64,000 bases of DNA from an uncultured Gemmatimonadales bacterium. GTDB taxonomy: Bacteria; Gemmatimonadota; Gemmatimonadetes; Gemmatimonadales; Gemmatimonadaceae. The stretch is from assembly GCA_963838855.1 (NCBI GenBank), contig CAWISX010000019.1, forward strand, positions 57,494 to 121,493, read 5' to 3'. The notes beneath the pieces are model-generated. The model saw nothing but the letters and a program-made list of their open reading frames with translations. It had not been told where the DNA came from and did no database searches. Positions 1 to 10,179 of the stretch are shown piece after piece; position 1 is the stretch's first letter, and every line of letters begins with the position of its first letter. The position numbers and the translations under genes were made by a program.

Positions 1-113
1 CGCACGGCCTCGGCGTCGGTTTTCTCTCCCCACCACCCGGTCGATACAGTCCACGTGCCAAAGCCAATCTCGCTGACGGCGACTGCGGTGCCGGGAAACG
101 TCCGATAGCGCAT
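1..113 (-). CDS. aldo/keto reductase family protein, N-terminal fragment (gene runs off the left window edge)
   Basis: Own minus-strand translation from ATG at 113-111 gives MRYRTFPGTAVAVSEIGFGTWTVSTGWWGEKTDAEAV, a typical AKR N-terminus. It is absent from the ORF track because the window edge truncates it. Confidence 0.45.
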   Translation of the reverse strand, partial: MRYRTFPGTAVAVSEIGFGTWTVSTGWWGEKTDAEAV

Positions 114-124
114 GCCTCGACTCC

Positions 125-1111
125 CTACTCCCAGCCGCTCTGAAGCGCGCGGGCGGCCTCGATCGCGAAATACGTCACGATGAAATCCGCGCCGGCTCGC
201 CGGATTCCCGTGAGCGATTCCATCACGGCGCGACAGCGGTCGATCCACCCACGCTCGGACGCAGCACACAGCATTGCGTACTCGCCGCTCACCTGGTACG
301 CGGCCACCGGGTACCCCGTTTCCTGCTTCACCAGCGCAATGATGTCGAGGTACGGGCCGGCCGGCTTGATCATGATCGCGTCTGCCCCCTCCTCGATGTC
401 GAGCTGCACTTCTCGCAGAGCTTCGCCAGCATTGGCCGGGTCCATCTGGTATCCCCGTCGATCGCCCACCTGCGGCGCAGACTCTGCGGCCTCGCGAAAC
501 GGCCCATACAACGCCGACGCATACTTTGCCGCGTAGCTCAGCACCGGCACTTCAACCATTCCGGCGTCGTCCAGCGCCGAGCGGATAGCGCGTACACGCC
601 CGTCCATCATGTCGCTGGGCGCGATGACGTCCGCCCCAGCTGCCGCGTGCGACACTGCCATGCGCGCCAACAGCGGGAGCGTGGCGTCGTTGTCGACGCT
701 GTCGTTCTTGAGCACTCCACAATGCCCATGCGTCGTGTACTCGCATAAGCACACGTCCGTGATGACCACGAGATCGGGAAACTCTCGCTTGAGTGCGCGC
801 ACGCCCTGTTGTACTGCGCCATGCTCGTCCCACGCGGCCGACCCGGTCGCGTCCTTCACGTCGGGGATCCCGAAAAGAATCATGCCCCCGACGCCAGCGT
901 CCGCCGCCGCCGACGCATCCCTCAGCATCTCGTCGATCGAGGTCTGCGCAACTCCGGGCATTGATGCCACGGGAATCCGTACCTCCGCCCCGGAGCGCAC
1001 GAACGCCGGGAGCACGAGCTGGCCGGGATCGAGTCTGGTTTCCCGCATCAAGCGCCGCAGCGGCGCGGTCCGCCGGAGGCGCCGAGGCCGGTAGCTGGGA
1101 AAGGTCGACAT
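125..1111 (-). CDS. hemB: porphobilinogen synthase (delta-aminolevulinate dehydratase)
   Basis: 328-aa ORF with ALAD hallmarks: RPRRLRR N-terminus, [13 protein letters not shown] (Schiff-base Lys region) and [10 protein letters not shown]. Confidence 0.95.
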   Translation of the reverse strand: MSTFPSYRPRRLRRTAPLRRLMRETRLDPGQLVLPAFVRSGAEVRIPVASMPGVAQTSIDEMLRDASAAADAGVGGMILFGIPDVKDATGSAAWDEHGAVQQGVRALKREFPDLVVITDVCLCEYTTHGHCGVLKNDSVDNDATLPLLARMAVSHAAAGADVIAPSDMMDGRVRAIRSALDDAGMVEVPVLSYAAKYASALYGPFREAAESAPQVGDRRGYQMDPANAGEALREVQLDIEEGADAIMIKPAGPYLDIIALVKQETGYPVAAYQVSGEYAMLCAASERGWIDRCRAVMESLTGIRRAGADFIVTYFAIEAARALQSGWE

Positions 1112-1120
1112 TCGCGGAAA

Positions 1121-2053
1121 TTACTCGGGCTGCGGTGCTGGGATGCGGTCAGCGGCACGCGCAGCGGCGAGGAGTTCTCCAGCGCCCTGCTCCAGCAGCG
1201 CCTTGGCCAGGGCGCGGCCGGCGTGCGCGGGATCGTCGGGCGTCACCGGGTGCGACCCGCGAATGATTCGAGGACTGTCTAGGTCCGCGATCAGCCCATG
1301 AAGAACGCTGCCCATCACGAGCGAGCCGATAGGCACCTGGCACCCACCTTCCATCGCGGCCAGGAACGCCCGTTCGGCTGTCACTGCTCGCCACGTCGCA
1401 TCGTCATTGAGCTCTCGTATGACCGTTCGCGTGCCGTCGTCGTCGGCGCGCACCTGAATCGCAAGCGCGCCCTGACCCGCTGCCGGAAGCCAGTCGGGTG
1501 GCTCCAGATATCCCGCAATGCGCTCCGTCGCGTTGAGCCTGTGCAATCCCGCCGCGGCCAGAATTGCCGCATGAACCTGCCCCTGATCGATCTTGCGGAG
1601 CCTCGTTGGCACGTTCCCCCGGAGCTCAACCACCTGCAGGTCCGGGCGCAAAGCCAAGAGCTGTGCACGCCGGCGGAGACTCGAGGTGCCAACTCGCGAC
1701 CCGCGAGCGAGGTCGCCTAGACCGACTGCCGTGGCGATTCGGCTCAGCACGACGACATCCCGGGGATCCTCGCGCCGCAATACGGCCGCTATGACAAGCC
1801 GGTCGGATGACTCCGTCGGAAGGTCCTTTAAGGAGTGTACGGCGCAGTCGATCTTCCCTTTCGCCAGCGCGACTTCCAGCTCGGACGTAAATAGCCCCTT
1901 CGCGCCAATGGCGCTAAGCGGCTGGCCGGGATGTTTGTCTCCGACGGTGGTGAATGTGACGAGCTTGGCGTCAATCCCGCGGTCGACTAGCGCTGATTGG
2001 ACAATGCGCGCTTGCAGTAGCGCGAGCGCCGAACGGCGTGTGCCAACTTTCAC
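1121..2053 (-). CDS. hemC: hydroxymethylbilane synthase (porphobilinogen deaminase)
   Basis: 310-aa ORF with KVGTRRSALALLQA, GNVPTRLRK and ERAFLAAMEGGCQVPIG (cofactor-binding Cys). Confidence 0.95.
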   Translation of the reverse strand: MKVGTRRSALALLQARIVQSALVDRGIDAKLVTFTTVGDKHPGQPLSAIGAKGLFTSELEVALAKGKIDCAVHSLKDLPTESSDRLVIAAVLRREDPRDVVVLSRIATAVGLGDLARGSRVGTSSLRRRAQLLALRPDLQVVELRGNVPTRLRKIDQGQVHAAILAAAGLHRLNATERIAGYLEPPDWLPAAGQGALAIQVRADDDGTRTVIRELNDDATWRAVTAERAFLAAMEGGCQVPIGSLVMGSVLHGLIADLDSPRIIRGSHPVTPDDPAHAGRALAKALLEQGAGELLAAARAADRIPAPQPE

Positions 2054-3627
2054 GCGGTGATTGTCGTCGCGGCGACAAGCGCGACGATGGAGTCGACCAA
2101 ACCTGCGATAGTCGACCGCGCAGCTTCCGCGACGACTTCGATACCCGCGCGCCGCGCGGCGTCGCTTGTGATGGGCCCGATGGAGGCCGCGGGTACTCGC
2201 GGCGCGAGATCCGCGCCCACGGCCTCGACGTAAGCTCGCACCGCGGAGGCGGAGGCAAACGTGACGATATCGACTGCCCCTGCCCCGATCGCGTCTCTAA
2301 GGCCGGCAGCCCCCTCGTGATCGACCACGGCTTCATATATGGGAATCACATCCAGCGTCGCGCCCAGCGCGCGTAAACCCCTCGGCAGCACGTCGCGCGC
2401 GCCCCGTGCGGAGGGGTATAACACCCGCGCCCCATGCACGTCGTTTCGCTGAGCGAGTGCCTCCAGCACGCCCTCCGCGACAAAGCGATCAGGAACGATA
2501 TCGACCGCGATTCCGTGTTCCAACAACGCGTCCGCAGTAGATGGTCCCACGGCGGTGACGATGAGTCCCGAAAGCGCCCGCGCGTCCAGTGCCGCACGCC
2601 GCAAGGCGTCCCACACGACTTGTACCGCGTTCTGGCTCGAGAAGATGAGATGACTGTAGTCGCTCAGGTGTTTGAGGGCGTCCGCCAGGGGTCGCGGATC
2701 GAGCAGCTCGATTCGAGTCGCTGGAAGCTCCAGCACTGCCGCGCCAAGATCGCGCAGCCTGTTGCTCAGTGACGCCGCCTGGGCCGAGGCGCGTGTTACC
2801 ACCACCCGGTGACCCAGCAGCGGATGCGTGTCGAGCCGATCGAACCACCTGACTTCATCGCGCAGCGCGACGGCGCGGCCGATCACGATCACGACTGGCG
2901 GGCTGAGCTTCGCCGCATCGGCGCGATCGGAGATTGTTGCGATCGTCGCGACGACCGTGCGTTGCGCGGGGTGCGTTCCCGATTGTATGGCTGCGGCCGG
3001 CGTGTCTGGCGGCAAGCCGCCCGCGATGAGCGCACGCGCGACGGACTTCAGGGTGCGAACCCCCATGTACAGCACGACCGTGCCACCCGCGACACCCGTG
3101 CGCGCGAGGGCGTGCCAGTCTGTCTGCGTGACCGCTTTGGACGGATCCTCGTGGCCCGTGACGAAGGTGACCGACGTGGCGATTCCGCGATGCGTTACGG
3201 GAATACCCGCATAGGCCGGCGCCGCCACGCCGGCCGTGACGCCGGGCACGACCTCAAAAGGCACGGCCGCAGCCGCCAACGCCTGCGCCTCTTCGCCGCC
3301 GCGGCCGAAAACGAACGGGTCGCCCCCCTTGAGCCGCACTACCGCCTTGCCCTCACGCGCCAGACGTACGAGCGTCGCGTTCACATAATCCTGGCGAGTC
3401 GAGCCCTCATCGCCGCCGCGCTTGCCGACGAACAACAGCGCCGCGGCCGGTCGGCCGGGTGCGCGGGGTGCCGAAAAGAGCTCAGGGTTGGCGAGAGCAT
3501 CATAGACGATGACGTCACAGTCCGCGAGCAGGTCCCGCCCTCGCACTGTGAGTAGCCTTGGGTCTCCAGGCCCGGCCCCAACCAGATAGACGGTGCCCGG
3601 TCGCGAAGCGCGGGCGCCATCGGGCAT
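2050..3627 (-). CDS. cobA/hemD: bifunctional uroporphyrinogen-III C-methyltransferase / uroporphyrinogen-III synthase
   Basis: The N-terminal half carries SUMT motifs VYLVGAGPGDPRLLTVRG, VVRLKGGDPFVFGRGGEE and VPGVTA. The C-terminal ~250 aa is HemD-like. I chose the start at ATG 3627 (MPDGARAS) because the longer track ORF (to 3738) overlaps ccmD. The 3' end overlaps the hemC start. Confidence 0.85.
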   Translation of the reverse strand: MPDGARASRPGTVYLVGAGPGDPRLLTVRGRDLLADCDVIVYDALANPELFSAPRAPGRPAAALLFVGKRGGDEGSTRQDYVNATLVRLAREGKAVVRLKGGDPFVFGRGGEEAQALAAAAVPFEVVPGVTAGVAAPAYAGIPVTHRGIATSVTFVTGHEDPSKAVTQTDWHALARTGVAGGTVVLYMGVRTLKSVARALIAGGLPPDTPAAAIQSGTHPAQRTVVATIATISDRADAAKLSPPVVIVIGRAVALRDEVRWFDRLDTHPLLGHRVVVTRASAQAASLSNRLRDLGAAVLELPATRIELLDPRPLADALKHLSDYSHLIFSSQNAVQVVWDALRRAALDARALSGLIVTAVGPSTADALLEHGIAVDIVPDRFVAEGVLEALAQRNDVHGARVLYPSARGARDVLPRGLRALGATLDVIPIYEAVVDHEGAAGLRDAIGAGAVDIVTFASASAVRAYVEAVGADLAPRVPAASIGPITSDAARRAGIEVVAEAARSTIAGLVDSIVALVAATTITA

Positions 3628-3628
3628 G

Positions 3629-3769
3629 TCACTCACGATGGTCTTTGCCGCGCACAAGCCGGCGTAGCTTACGCCACCGAACCCAGAGCGACAGCGCGTA
3701 GCTGCAGTACACTGCAGCCGCCGCGGTGTACGCGGCATGAAAGTATGCGGCGTTGTTGGGAACGGCCAT
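3629..3769 (-). CDS. ccmD: heme exporter protein CcmD (small single-TM protein)
   Basis: 46-aa reading frame MAVPNNAAYFHAAYTAAAAVYCSYALSLWVRWRKLRRLVRGKDHRE, one TM helix followed by a basic tail. Its ATG overlaps the ccmC stop (TGATG). Position directly after ccmC is as expected. Confidence 0.5.
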   Translation of the reverse strand: MAVPNNAAYFHAAYTAAAAVYCSYALSLWVRWRKLRRLVRGKDHRE

Positions 3770-4443
3770 CAGCCATCCGCCTCGATCGCGCTGTCCTGCG
3801 CGGTGGCCAACCGGTACCGCGCCCGAAGGAATGCCAAGAACAGGAGCGCGAACGATGCTAGCGCCATCAAAAACGTGACGAGCATCTCCGGAGGCAGCGA
3901 GGGGGCGCTTGGCTTGAGCACGATTGGCTGCGGATGCAGCGTTCTGAACAGGTACACGCTCAAGTGAATGAATGGGATCAGCAGAGCAGCCAGGATCGCA
4001 AGCACGGCCGCGTAGCGCGCACGAAGTGCGCGGTCGTCCACGGCACTGCGGAGCACGAGGTAGCCGAGGATGATCAGCCAGAGAAACAACGTCAGCGTAA
4101 GTCGAGCATCCCAGGTCCACCACGCGCCCCACACGGTGCGTCCCCAGATGGGTCCGGTCACGAGGACGACCGTCGTAAACACCAGGCCAACCTCTGCGCT
4201 GCTCGCCGCCAGGCGGTCGAGCTTCTCGTCGCGAAGCCACAGATATAGTGCGCTCGCAACGGCCATGAGACCGAATGCTACGTAGAGCGCGACGAATGCC
4301 GCGGGCGCGTGAATGTAAAAGATCTTCTGCGCCGGGCCTTGCCGCGCTTCCACCGGCGTGAAATACGCGGCGCGAACGACCGTGCCTACCACGGCCAGGA
4401 CGGCCGCGCCAAAGAACGCATCAAACAATGGCTTTTGCCGCAT
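3769..4443 (-). CDS. ccmC: heme exporter protein CcmC
   Basis: Polytopic membrane ORF with the tryptophan-rich WWD signature WGAWWTWDARLT. I took the start at ATG 4443, just after the ccmB stop. The track ORF extends to 4482. Confidence 0.9.
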   Translation of the reverse strand: MRQKPLFDAFFGAAVLAVVGTVVRAAYFTPVEARQGPAQKIFYIHAPAAFVALYVAFGLMAVASALYLWLRDEKLDRLAASSAEVGLVFTTVVLVTGPIWGRTVWGAWWTWDARLTLTLFLWLIILGYLVLRSAVDDRALRARYAAVLAILAALLIPFIHLSVYLFRTLHPQPIVLKPSAPSLPPEMLVTFLMALASFALLFLAFLRARYRLATAQDSAIEADG

Positions 4444-4445
4444 CG

Positions 4446-5147
4446 CTATCGCTCGATTGTGTACGGATAGGCGAGTGTGCATGCGGTCACGAACACGAGG
4501 TCAAACGCCACCAGGAGTCGCACCCACCCCGCGAAGTCGGTATACGGCCGGCCATTGAGAACGCGCGCGCTGGCCTGGGCCGCCGCCATGACGATCGGAA
4601 CGAAAAACGGAAGCGACAACATTGGTAGCAGAAGTTCCGCCAGGCGCGTGTTCACAGCCATAGCGCTGAACAATGTGCCCACTGCGACGAGGCCTACGGC
4701 GGCCAGCATGCCAATGCCCACGATACCCCAGGCTGCGCGATCGAGAGGCACATTGTACAGGATCGCCACCGCCGGCACGGCGACGAGCTGGACGCCGACC
4801 ACGAACACAAAGTTCGACAGCGCCTTGCCGAGAAAGATTGCTTCCCGGCTGACTGGCGCGAGCAGTAGCCCATCCAGCGCACGATCCGCTTGCTCGGCCG
4901 CGAACGAGCGGTTGAGCCCCAACAGGCTCGAGAACGTGAAGATCACCCACAGCACTCCCGGCGCCAGATCGATCGATGGCACGGCGGTCGGGTCCCAGGC
5001 GAAGTAGAAAATCGCTGCCGCCAGAAGCGCGAAAACAACAGCGGAAAGAAATGCGGCCCGGGACCGGAACTCGACCGCAAGGTCTTTCCGCGCGATCAGC
5101 AGTGCCGTGCTGAACGTCCCCGGCATCGTCGTACCAGAGGCACTCAC
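4446..5147 (-). CDS. ccmB: heme exporter protein CcmB
   Basis: 233-aa six-TM-type ORF lying between ccmA and ccmC. It begins ALLIARKDLAVEFRSRAA, typical of CcmB. Its start overlaps the ccmA stop. Confidence 0.85.
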   Translation of the reverse strand: MSASGTTMPGTFSTALLIARKDLAVEFRSRAAFLSAVVFALLAAAIFYFAWDPTAVPSIDLAPGVLWVIFTFSSLLGLNRSFAAEQADRALDGLLLAPVSREAIFLGKALSNFVFVVGVQLVAVPAVAILYNVPLDRAAWGIVGIGMLAAVGLVAVGTLFSAMAVNTRLAELLLPMLSLPFFVPIVMAAAQASARVLNGRPYTDFAGWVRLLVAFDLVFVTACTLAYPYTIER

Positions 5148-5866
5148 TGTGCGGCGGCCGCGAGCTCGAGGTAGCCCTCGGCGTAGTGATCGCCATCGAT
5201 CGCCTCACGCGACTCGTAGCGCACGAACCGGCCACTCCGCATCACCGCGACGTGCGTCGCAAGTGCAAGTCCTTCCTGGAGATGGTGCGTGACGAGAATG
5301 AGGCCTACGGCCGCATTCTTGAGCTCTGCGAGAGTGTCGCCAAGCGCGGCGCTGCCCACGGCGTCCAGTCCGGTGAACGGCTCGTCGAGTAGCACGACCT
5401 TCGGCCGGTGTACCAGGGCGCGCGCGATCGAAACGCGTTGCTGGAGACCACGACTGAGGGCGCGTATGGGAACGTCGGCCCAGCCATCGACTCGGAGCGC
5501 CGCGAGCGTGTGCGCGGCCGCTTCCCGCGGTCGCGACATGCCATGCAGCTTGGCGGCGAATTCAACGTTCTCTCGCGCCGTTAAGGCGGGGTATAGCATG
5601 GAATGATGCGAAATCAGACCCACGGTTGCCCGCGCCGACGCTCCGCCAGGAAGCGTCACCCCTCCCACCCGCGCCGAGCCCTCGGACGGCTCCAGTAGTC
5701 CAGCCAGCATCCTTAGCAAGGTGGTCTTTCCAGCCCCGTTCGGTCCAAAGACTGCAAGGCAGCCCCCGGGGAGCAGTGAAAATGTGACCCTGTCGACGGC
5801 GCGGTATCGACCGAAATGGCGCGTCAGAGCCGCGGCATGAACGACGGCATCGACCCCGGGATCCAC
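5144..5866 (-). CDS. ccmA: cytochrome c biogenesis heme-exporting ABC ATPase CcmA
   Basis: Walker A GPNGAGKTT, signature LSRGLQQR, Walker B VVLLDEP. I chose the GTG start at 5866 (VDPGVDAVVHAAALTRHFG). The Arg-rich N-terminal extension in the track ORF is unlikely to be real. Confidence 0.85.
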   Translation of the reverse strand: MDPGVDAVVHAAALTRHFGRYRAVDRVTFSLLPGGCLAVFGPNGAGKTTLLRMLAGLLEPSEGSARVGGVTLPGGASARATVGLISHHSMLYPALTARENVEFAAKLHGMSRPREAAAHTLAALRVDGWADVPIRALSRGLQQRVSIARALVHRPKVVLLDEPFTGLDAVGSAALGDTLAELKNAAVGLILVTHHLQEGLALATHVAVMRSGRFVRYESREAIDGDHYAEGYLELAAAAQ

Positions 5867-5922
5867 TCGGGAAATGTACAGCCCGTGGCTTGACGGTCGG
5901 TAAGCGGACAGATTGAGGGCCA

Positions 5923-7878
5923 ATGCCTGACATAGACGTGCTGCTCGAGGAGGTTCGTCGGTTCGAGCCCTCCGACAGCTTCCGCCGGCTCGCCGGCGTC
6001 CGCGACTCCAAGATTTACGAAGAGGCCGCGAGGGATCCTGAGGGATTCTGGGCCCGACAGGCCGCGACACTGGACTGGTTCACTCCGTGGAATCGCGTCC
6101 TCGAATGGACTCCGCCGCACGTCAAGTGGTTCACGGGCGGTACTCTAAACGTTGCCGTCAACTGCGTTGACCGGCACCTCGCCATGCGTCGCAACAAGCC
6201 GGCGCTCATATGGGAGGGAGAGCCGGGCGACCGCCGCTCGATCAGCTACGGGCAGCTTTCCGTCGAAGTCAACCGCTGCGCCAATGCGCTCCGCAACTTG
6301 GGAGTCCGACGCGGCGATCGCGTGGCCATTTACCTGCCTTTGATCCCCGAGGCAGCTGTCGCCATGCTGGCTTGCGCTCGCATCGGCGCGATCCACTCGG
6401 TCGTGTTCGGTGGGTTTTCGCCGGAGTCGCTCCGGGATAGGATCAACGACGCTCGCGCCAAGGTGCTAATCACCGCCGATGGCGGCTACCGGCGCGGAAA
6501 CCTCGTGCCGCTCAAGCGGAACGCCGACCGGGCCCTGGATGGCTGTCCGACGATAGAGCGCGTGCTAGTAGTCCAACGCCGACCAGGGGTCGAGGATGAA
6601 TCGGCGACGATGAAGCGGGGACGTGACGTGTGGTGGCACGACGCCGTCGCCGCCGCGCCCGCCGATTGCACGCCCGAGCGCATGGACGCGGAAGACGTGC
6701 TGTACATCCTGCATACATCCGGAACGACCGGCAAGCCCAAGGGCATCGTGCACACCACCGGCGGCTATCTCACTGGCGTCGCGGCCACGGCACGCCTCGT
6801 GTTCGACCTACAGGAGAACGACATCTTTTGGTGTACGGCCGACGTCGGCTGGGTCACGGGGCATTCGTACGTCGTATACGGGCCACTGGCGAATGGCGCG
6901 ACCTGTCTGATGTACGAGGGAGCCCCCGACTGGCCCGAAAAAGACCGCGTCTGGGATCTGTGTGAGCGCCACGGCGTGACGATTCTCTACACGGCCCCCA
7001 CGGCAATCCGTGCATTCATGAAGTGGGGCGACCAATACCCGGCGCGACACGATCTGTCGCGGCTACGCCTGCTCGGCACCGTAGGCGAGCCGATCAATCC
7101 AGAGGCCTGGATGTGGTACCACGAGAGGATCGGCCGCGGGCGCTGCCCGATAGTGGACACGTGGTGGCAGACCGAGACTGGAGCCATAGTCATCTCGCCG
7201 CTCCCCGCCGTGACTGCGACCAAGCCTGGCAGCGCGACATTGCCGTTGCCGGGGTACGCGGCAGAGCTGCTCGACGCAAAGGGCGGTCGCATCGAGCAGG
7301 GTGGCGGGTTTCTCGCGCTGACGCGGCCGTGGCCCTCGATGCTGCGCACGATCTGGGGCGACGACCAGCGCTATGTCGATACGTACTTCTCCAAGTGGCC
7401 CGGGCGTCCCGATCTCTACTTCCCGGGTGACGGTGCCAAGCGCGACGCGGACGGCTACTTCTGGATCCTGGGGCGCGTTGACGACGTGCTCAATGTGGCC
7501 GGCCACCGTATTGGCACCATGGAAGTCGAGTCGGCTCTGGTGGAGCATCCGGCTGTGGCAGAAGCGGCCGTAGTGGGGCGTTCCCACGAAATCAAAGGTC
7601 AGGCCATCGCCGCGTTTGTCACGTTGCGTGAGGGACACCAGTCATCTCCCGGACTAGGCGAGGAGCTGCGGCAGTTCGTCTCCAACAAGATCGGCGCGAT
7701 CGCGCGTCCGGAGGACGTGCTGTTCTCGGCGGACCTGCCGAAAACGCGGTCTGGCAAGATCATGCGTCGCCTGCTGCGAGACATTGCCGAGGGACGCGCT
7801 CTGGGTGATACGACGACGTTGGCCGATCCTGATGTCGTGGCGGGATTGAAGGAACAATACGAAGCGAGAGAGTCGTAA
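5923..7878 (+). CDS. acs: acetyl-CoA synthetase
   Basis: 651-aa ORF with the AMP-binding motif [14 protein letters not shown] and the C-terminal [17 protein letters not shown] with its catalytic Lys. Confidence 0.95.
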   Translation: MPDIDVLLEEVRRFEPSDSFRRLAGVRDSKIYEEAARDPEGFWARQAATLDWFTPWNRVLEWTPPHVKWFTGGTLNVAVNCVDRHLAMRRNKPALIWEGEPGDRRSISYGQLSVEVNRCANALRNLGVRRGDRVAIYLPLIPEAAVAMLACARIGAIHSVVFGGFSPESLRDRINDARAKVLITADGGYRRGNLVPLKRNADRALDGCPTIERVLVVQRRPGVEDESATMKRGRDVWWHDAVAAAPADCTPERMDAEDVLYILHTSGTTGKPKGIVHTTGGYLTGVAATARLVFDLQENDIFWCTADVGWVTGHSYVVYGPLANGATCLMYEGAPDWPEKDRVWDLCERHGVTILYTAPTAIRAFMKWGDQYPARHDLSRLRLLGTVGEPINPEAWMWYHERIGRGRCPIVDTWWQTETGAIVISPLPAVTATKPGSATLPLPGYAAELLDAKGGRIEQGGGFLALTRPWPSMLRTIWGDDQRYVDTYFSKWPGRPDLYFPGDGAKRDADGYFWILGRVDDVLNVAGHRIGTMEVESALVEHPAVAEAAVVGRSHEIKGQAIAAFVTLREGHQSSPGLGEELRQFVSNKIGAIARPEDVLFSADLPKTRSGKIMRRLLRDIAEGRALGDTTTLADPDVVAGLKEQYEARES

Positions 7879-8261
7879 TGCCATCGCGGTTTTTTCCTGA
7901 GTCGATATTCCCGCGCAGACTGAGTCCTGCGGCGGAGCGCCGTATGCGTCTGGCCCAGGCGCGCGGCGAGGAGTCGATCATTCGCGCTCACGTTGACAAC
8001 GCGCTCATGTTCGTCGACACGTTGGCGGAAGAGCTGTCGTTCGACCGCGCGATCGACACCTACATTCGGGTCACCGGGCTTTCAGAGCCACTGGCCAGCA
8101 CTGTCGCCACCCGCGCTTTGGTCGCGCTGGGGCAGGAGCTGGTACCATATCGCAAGCAGCGTCGCGAAGTCGAGCGCGCGGGCGACGAGGACACAAAGCC
8201 GCGGCTCCGCCTAAACGACGCCTCCGAGTCGCGGCCCCCGCGCTCAATCCGAAGGGCATAG
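7878..8261 (+). CDS. hypothetical protein
   Basis: 127-aa ORF whose start overlaps the acs stop. Third codon positions are G/C-rich. I recognised no motif. Confidence 0.4.
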   Translation: MPSRFFPESIFPRRLSPAAERRMRLAQARGEESIIRAHVDNALMFVDTLAEELSFDRAIDTYIRVTGLSEPLASTVATRALVALGQELVPYRKQRREVERAGDEDTKPRLRLNDASESRPPRSIRRA

Positions 8262-8270
8262 CGCCACTGC

Positions 8271-8503
8271 AGCCCCTCCCCCTGCCCCCTCCCCTAAAGG
8301 GGAGGGGGTATTCTGTTTCTTGAGAGGGCGGGCCCTCTCACTCCCGAAGTGCAAATCGCCCCACTCCTCGGTTCGGTGGGCGTGGGTGAACGTTCCCCCT
8401 CCGCTTGCGGGGGTCGAGGGGGCGAAGCCCCCTCGTCATCCAAGCGAAGCTTGAAAGAAAAAATTCCCCTCCCCTAAAGGGGAGGGGGTAGGGGGAGGGG
8501 TGG
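8271..8503. repeat. cluster of G/C-rich perfect hairpins (REP/BIME-like) between convergent genes; probably also bidirectional terminators
   Basis: The identical 25-mer CCCCTCCCCTAAAGGGGAGGGGGTA occurs at 8286-8310 and 8466-8490 (10-11 bp stem). Between the two copies lie TGAGAGGGC-GG-GCCCTCTCA (8321-8340) and CGAGGGGGC-GAA-GCCCCCTCG (8415-8435). Confidence 0.7.
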
Positions 8504-8509
8504 CACGCG

Positions 8510-9793
8510 CTACTCGCGAGAGCCAGCCAGGACGAGCGCGAAATCTCGCGAGCCCTTTCGCAGCAGGAAGTACCGTCCGGCCAGCGAATCCGCCAAGCTG
8601 ATGGTACCGTGCGCAGCGCCGAGCTTCCGGCCATTGACCGAGAGTCCCCCCTGCTCGAGTAGCCGCCGGGCCGCGCTTTTCGACGGAACAAGCTTCGCGC
8701 TGACAGCGAGATCGATCACGTCGTAGGACTCGGCGGGCTCGACCTGCGCGAATGGGATCTCCGCAGCGAGCGCGGCGAGTGCGCGTTCCGACAATCGATG
8801 CGGATCAATGCCGGCAAAGAGAATTGCCGAGACCTCCTCGGCAACTCGCGCCGCATCTTCGCCATGAACCCGCGCTGTGACATCAAGAGCCAGGCGGCGC
8901 TGGGCCTCGCGGCCCTCTGGGTGCGCGACGGCCGCCGTCTCCAGCGCTTCGATCTCGTCGCGCTCCAGCAGGGTAAATCGCCGCAGATATGCGCCCACGT
9001 CGGCGTCGTCGGTGTTCACCCAAAATTGGTAGAACCGGTACAGCGACGTGCGCTCAGCGTCGAGCCAAACGGAGCCCGCTTCGGTCTTCCCGAACTTTGC
9101 CCCGGAGGACGTCGTGAGCAGCGGCACGGTGAGCCCATGCACTTCGGCACTGGCCGCCCGGCGGACCAGTTCGATCCCTGCCGTGATGTTCCCCCACTGG
9201 TCGCTACCACCGAGCTGCAGGGTTACGCCTTCACGCCGATACAGTTCCAGGAAGTCGTACGCCTGCAGCAGCATGTAGGAGAACTCGGTGAAAGAGATCC
9301 CTCCGTCGAGCCGGGCCTTCACGGAATCCTTCGCCATCATGTAGTTCACGCTGAAGTGCTTGCCGATGTCGCGGAGAAACCCGACGGCGTCCAGCCGAAG
9401 TAGCCACTCAGCGTTGTCTCGCACCCGCGCAGCGTGTGGTCCGGAGAAGTCGAGAAAGCGGGAGACCTGCTTGGCCACCGAGTGGGCGTGCGCCTCGATC
9501 ACTTCGCGGGCGACTAACGGCCGCTCGCTGGCTTTTCCGCTCGGATCGCCGATCAGGGCCGTCCCGCCGCCGATCAGTGCCACAGGACGGTGGCCGGCAC
9601 GCTGCAAATGAACGAGAGTCATTATCGGCGTGAGGCTGCCGACATGCAGGCTCGGCCCGGTGGGGTCGAAGCCGCAATATCCCGACACGGGGCCAGCGGC
9701 CAGTGCATCGCTCAACCGCTCCGTTCGATCGTGCAGCAGGCCGCGCCACGCGAGCTCATCGAGAAGTGCAATCGTGTTGGACGTGCGGTTCAC
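8510..9793 (-). CDS. tyrS: tyrosine--tRNA ligase
   Basis: 427-aa ORF with class I signatures HVGSL (HIGH variant) and KFGKT (KMSKS variant). The C-terminus is S4-like (RRLLEQGGLSVNG). Confidence 0.95.
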   Translation of the reverse strand: MNRTSNTIALLDELAWRGLLHDRTERLSDALAAGPVSGYCGFDPTGPSLHVGSLTPIMTLVHLQRAGHRPVALIGGGTALIGDPSGKASERPLVAREVIEAHAHSVAKQVSRFLDFSGPHAARVRDNAEWLLRLDAVGFLRDIGKHFSVNYMMAKDSVKARLDGGISFTEFSYMLLQAYDFLELYRREGVTLQLGGSDQWGNITAGIELVRRAASAEVHGLTVPLLTTSSGAKFGKTEAGSVWLDAERTSLYRFYQFWVNTDDADVGAYLRRFTLLERDEIEALETAAVAHPEGREAQRRLALDVTARVHGEDAARVAEEVSAILFAGIDPHRLSERALAALAAEIPFAQVEPAESYDVIDLAVSAKLVPSKSAARRLLEQGGLSVNGRKLGAAHGTISLADSLAGRYFLLRKGSRDFALVLAGSRE

Positions 9794-9858
9794 GCGCCCA
9801 ACTTAACGCGATCTAGAATCCTTGTGCACGGTTGGCCCTGTTCTAGTTTTCGCATTAC

Positions 9859-10179
9859 ATGACGGAGGAAGAGACTTATGGCGACGCCCGTCGGCGTGGA
9901 CTCGAGGCTATGCTGCGCGCGCTCGCGGCACGCATCTCGGAGCTGGACGCTGAGGGCACGCTGCTTTCCCGTGCACCCGAGCTGATGGGACTCATGGGGG
10001 ACCTGCGTAGCGAGCTTTTTCACTACGAGGTGCGGGCTACGTACGACACGCCCGAGGTGGCCGAGAATCGGCGGATCATCGCCGAGGCGAAATCGAGCGA
10101 AGAGTGGAAGCCGACCGACTGGAAGCCGGGCGACGATGAGGGTGGTGGCAACGCGGCTCGTGGAAAGCCGAGCTGGTGA
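9859..10179 (+). CDS. hypothetical protein
   Basis: 106-aa acidic ORF. Its stop overlaps the GTG of the next gene (GTGA). No motif recognised. Confidence 0.4.
   Translation: MTEEETYGDARRRGLEAMLRALAARISELDAEGTLLSRAPELMGLMGDLRSELFHYEVRATYDTPEVAENRRIIAEAKSSEEWKPTDWKPGDDEGGGNAARGKPSW

Noticed and set aside
8285-8490. Possible CRISPR array (repeated 25-mer)
   Set aside because: There are only two copies. The repeats are themselves perfect palindromes. The 155-nt spacer contains other hairpins, and no cas genes are present.
8338-8691. 117-aa minus-strand ORF running through the hairpin cluster (contains PYPLPFRGGE)
   Set aside because: It is produced by translating the G/C-rich palindromes and the 3' end of tyrS in a wrong frame. 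It is not a gene.
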